Shown in pieces: positions 62,467-64,000 of a DNA stretch of 64,000 bases (position 1 is its first letter; every line of letters begins with the position of its first letter). This DNA is from a bacterium. GTDB lineage: Bacteria; SZUA-182; DTGQ01. Location of the stretch: NCBI GenBank assembly GCA_040755755.1, contig JBFLZW010000031.1, forward strand, positions 64,561 through 128,560, written 5' to 3'. The position numbers were made by a program, and so were the translations under genes. The notes under the pieces were generated by a model. That model saw only the letters and a program-made list of their open reading frames with translations. It made no database searches and had not been told where the DNA came from.

Positions 62467-63426
62467 TCAAATAAGTTTGGCCTTGGATTTTTTGCTCAGT
62501 ATATCGATCACCTTCTGATCAAAGTCACGGGCTGAGTAATAACCGCTTTCCTTTAAGAGCTGATTTCGGGCTGCAACCTCAATAATAATGGCCATGTTTC
62601 TCCCCGGAGCTACCGGCATTTTAATTAACGGCACCTCAACTCCCAGGATATTCACCGTACTTTCCTTCAGCCCCAGTCGATCATACTCATACTCTTTTTT
62701 CCACTCTTCCATCACTACCGCAAGCTCTATCTTTTTTCGGTAACGGACAGCAGCCACTCCAAAGAGGTCTTTAATGTTGATGATTCCAAGGCCCCGCAGC
62801 TCCATATGATAGCGGATCATCTCCGGGCCGCTGCCAATCAGCACGTCAGGGGGCAGCAGTTTGATGTTGACCATGTCATCCGAAATCAACCGATGTCCTC
62901 GAACAATAAGGTCCAGCGCGCATTCACTCTTACCGATGCTGCTCTTGCCAAGCAGGAGAACTCCCCGTCCGTAGATGTCCATCAGAACACCATGAATGCT
63001 CGTTTCCAGGGCTAACTTCTCTTCCATGTAAGTTGAAATCTGACGGATAAAAATCGAACTTTGGAGACTGGATTGCAATATGGGGATTTTATACTTGTTT
63101 CCTACCGAAATCAGCTCCGGCGGCGGCAGCATGCTCTTGGTGAGAATAAAGCAGGAAATAGGTATTTGGCAAATAGCCTCTAAGACTTCCTGACGACGCT
63201 CACTGGAGAGGGTGTCCATAAAGGACACTTCGGTACTTCCTAAGACCTGGACCCGTTCTGCCCGTATCTGGGCAAAATACCCTGCCAGCGCCAGCCCCGG
63301 TTTTTGAATGCGAGGGGAGGTAATCTTGCGGTCGAGCCCTTCGTCCCCATTCAGGACTTTCAATTGCAGCCGTTCCGCCTGCTCGTTTACGAGCTCCCGG
63401 ATGGTTAAGCATTTCTGGACGAGCAT
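62467..63426 (-). CDS. hprK: HPr kinase/phosphorylase
   Basis: 319 aa with P-loop GKSSIGKSECALDL, the signature RGHRLISDD and LRGLGIINI. Confidence 0.92.
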   Translation of the reverse strand: MLVQKCLTIRELVNEQAERLQLKVLNGDEGLDRKITSPRIQKPGLALAGYFAQIRAERVQVLGSTEVSFMDTLSSERRQEVLEAICQIPISCFILTKSMLPPPELISVGNKYKIPILQSSLQSSIFIRQISTYMEEKLALETSIHGVLMDIYGRGVLLLGKSSIGKSECALDLIVRGHRLISDDMVNIKLLPPDVLIGSGPEMIRYHMELRGLGIINIKDLFGVAAVRYRKKIELAVVMEEWKKEYEYDRLGLKESTVNILGVEVPLIKMPVAPGRNMAIIIEVAARNQLLKESGYYSARDFDQKVIDILSKKSKAKLI

Positions 63427-63436
63427 TCTTGCGTGT

Positions 63437-63904
63437 TTATCCTATAACGTCTTTTTCTTCATCGGCAATGGCCTGGTAAATGTCTCTGCCACTTTTAGCC
63501 TGCATTAATGCCTCTCGGAAGGTTGTTTTTTTCAGGAGCCGGGAAATTCTGGCCAGTATCTTCAGATGCAAAGGCGCCGAATTCTCCGGTGCCAGAAACA
63601 GAAAGAAGAGGTGAGCGGGCTTATTATCCAGAGATTCGAAATTGATTCCCTTTCGTGACCGTCCGAAAGCGGCCACCAGCGTTTTTATGTCACTGAATTT
63701 GGCATGGGGAATGGCCACGCCGTCCCCTATCCCGGTACTGCCCAGCTTTTCTCTCTCCAGTAAAACCTCCAGAGCCTTATCAGCATTCCGTACCTGGTTG
63801 TTATTAACCAGAAGTTGAACTAATTCCCTGAGCACCCCCATCTTGGTTTCAGCTTTGAGATCTGCTTCAATAACCTCCTCCGGCAAATAATCCAAGACCC
63901 TCAT
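63437..63904 (-). CDS. ptsN: PTS IIA-Ntr-type regulatory protein
   Basis: 155 aa with REKLGSTGIGDGVAIPHAK (active-site His) and FFLFLAPE. Confidence 0.88.
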   Translation of the reverse strand: MRVLDYLPEEVIEADLKAETKMGVLRELVQLLVNNNQVRNADKALEVLLEREKLGSTGIGDGVAIPHAKFSDIKTLVAAFGRSRKGINFESLDNKPAHLFFLFLAPENSAPLHLKILARISRLLKKTTFREALMQAKSGRDIYQAIADEEKDVIG

Positions 63905-63939
63905 AAAATTCCCTCCATTACGCGGACCATATCACTCTC

Positions 63940-64000
63940 TCACTGGAGCTCAGGCTCAATCAGTACCACTTTATCATCTTTAGACCGGTAAATTACACTG
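63940..64000 (-). CDS. hpf: ribosome hibernation promoting factor, C-terminal end only (rest outside window)
   Basis: The minus frame reads ...SVIYRSKDDKVVLIEPELQ* with the stop at 63940-63942. This matches the C-terminal VVYRRxDGxxGLIEP signature of long HPF. The position upstream of ptsN is the canonical rpoN-hpf-ptsN context. Confidence 0.6.
   Translation of the reverse strand, partial: SVIYRSKDDKVVLIEPELQ

Overview
This is a 64-kb chromosomal window, roughly 50% GC by eye and gene-dense on both strands. The gene content includes two sigma-54 enhancer-binding proteins, selA-selB, a split transketolase, a minimal sufC-sufB pair, a GH57 enzyme, and hpf-ptsN-hprK. That suggests an anaerobic Gram-negative lineage of the Deltaproteobacteria or Nitrospirota kind, but the taxon cannot be assigned from sequence alone.

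Gene blocks, in order:
- 1-5.8 kb: partial flavoprotein and a NifX-like gene behind a sigma-54 promoter. A PAS-EBP, patatin, DUF1232 and TPR minus-strand operon follows.
- 6.4-13.7 kb: the GlgE alpha-glucan operon, glgE-treS/pep2-glgB.
- 13.7-20 kb: a decayed toxin-antitoxin (TA) relic, then nfi, galU, lon and nicotinate phosphoribosyltransferase.
- 20-21.3 kb: an internally deleted IS5-family relic, then an antitoxin/PIN pair.
- 21.5-26.8 kb: selA-selB, translationally coupled to a B12-type radical SAM gene.
- 26.9-28.9 kb: a sensor-less sigma-54 EBP divergent from an orphan NusG paralog.
- 28.9-38.8 kb: tsaD, yibQ, ctp, envC, ftsX, ftsE, split transketolase, a KH protein and mazG.
- 39-41.5 kb: CIRCE-hrcA-grpE-rsmE.
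- 41.7-43.3 kb: a Tyr/Thr-rich exported protein, an AT-rich spacer and vapBC.
- 43.4-50.1 kb: a divergent FHA gene facing an operon of PP2C, S1 protease, PEGA Ser/Thr kinase, cysteine-less redoxin/TPR/CsgG-like protein and CsgG-like lipoprotein.
- 50.1-54.6 kb: a decayed accessory patch next to tRNA-Thr. It holds a RelE-type TA pair, an IS4-like fragment, a retropepsin-like protease, sufCB and an IS21-like relic.
- 54.7-64 kb: pyrE and a long minus-strand PTS operon, hpf-ptsN-hprK-IIA-IIB-GH57-IIC-IID-ptsH-ptsI.

The best candidates for something undescribed are the FHA/PP2C/protease/kinase/CsgG-like envelope module and the selAB-coupled radical SAM gene. The orphan NusG paralog with its EBP and tandem palindromes, and a family of 6-8-nt tandem repeats forming hairpins inside operon spacers, are also worth a look. 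No CRISPR array, rRNA gene or intact transposase was seen. All homology calls are by eye from motifs, because no search could be run.
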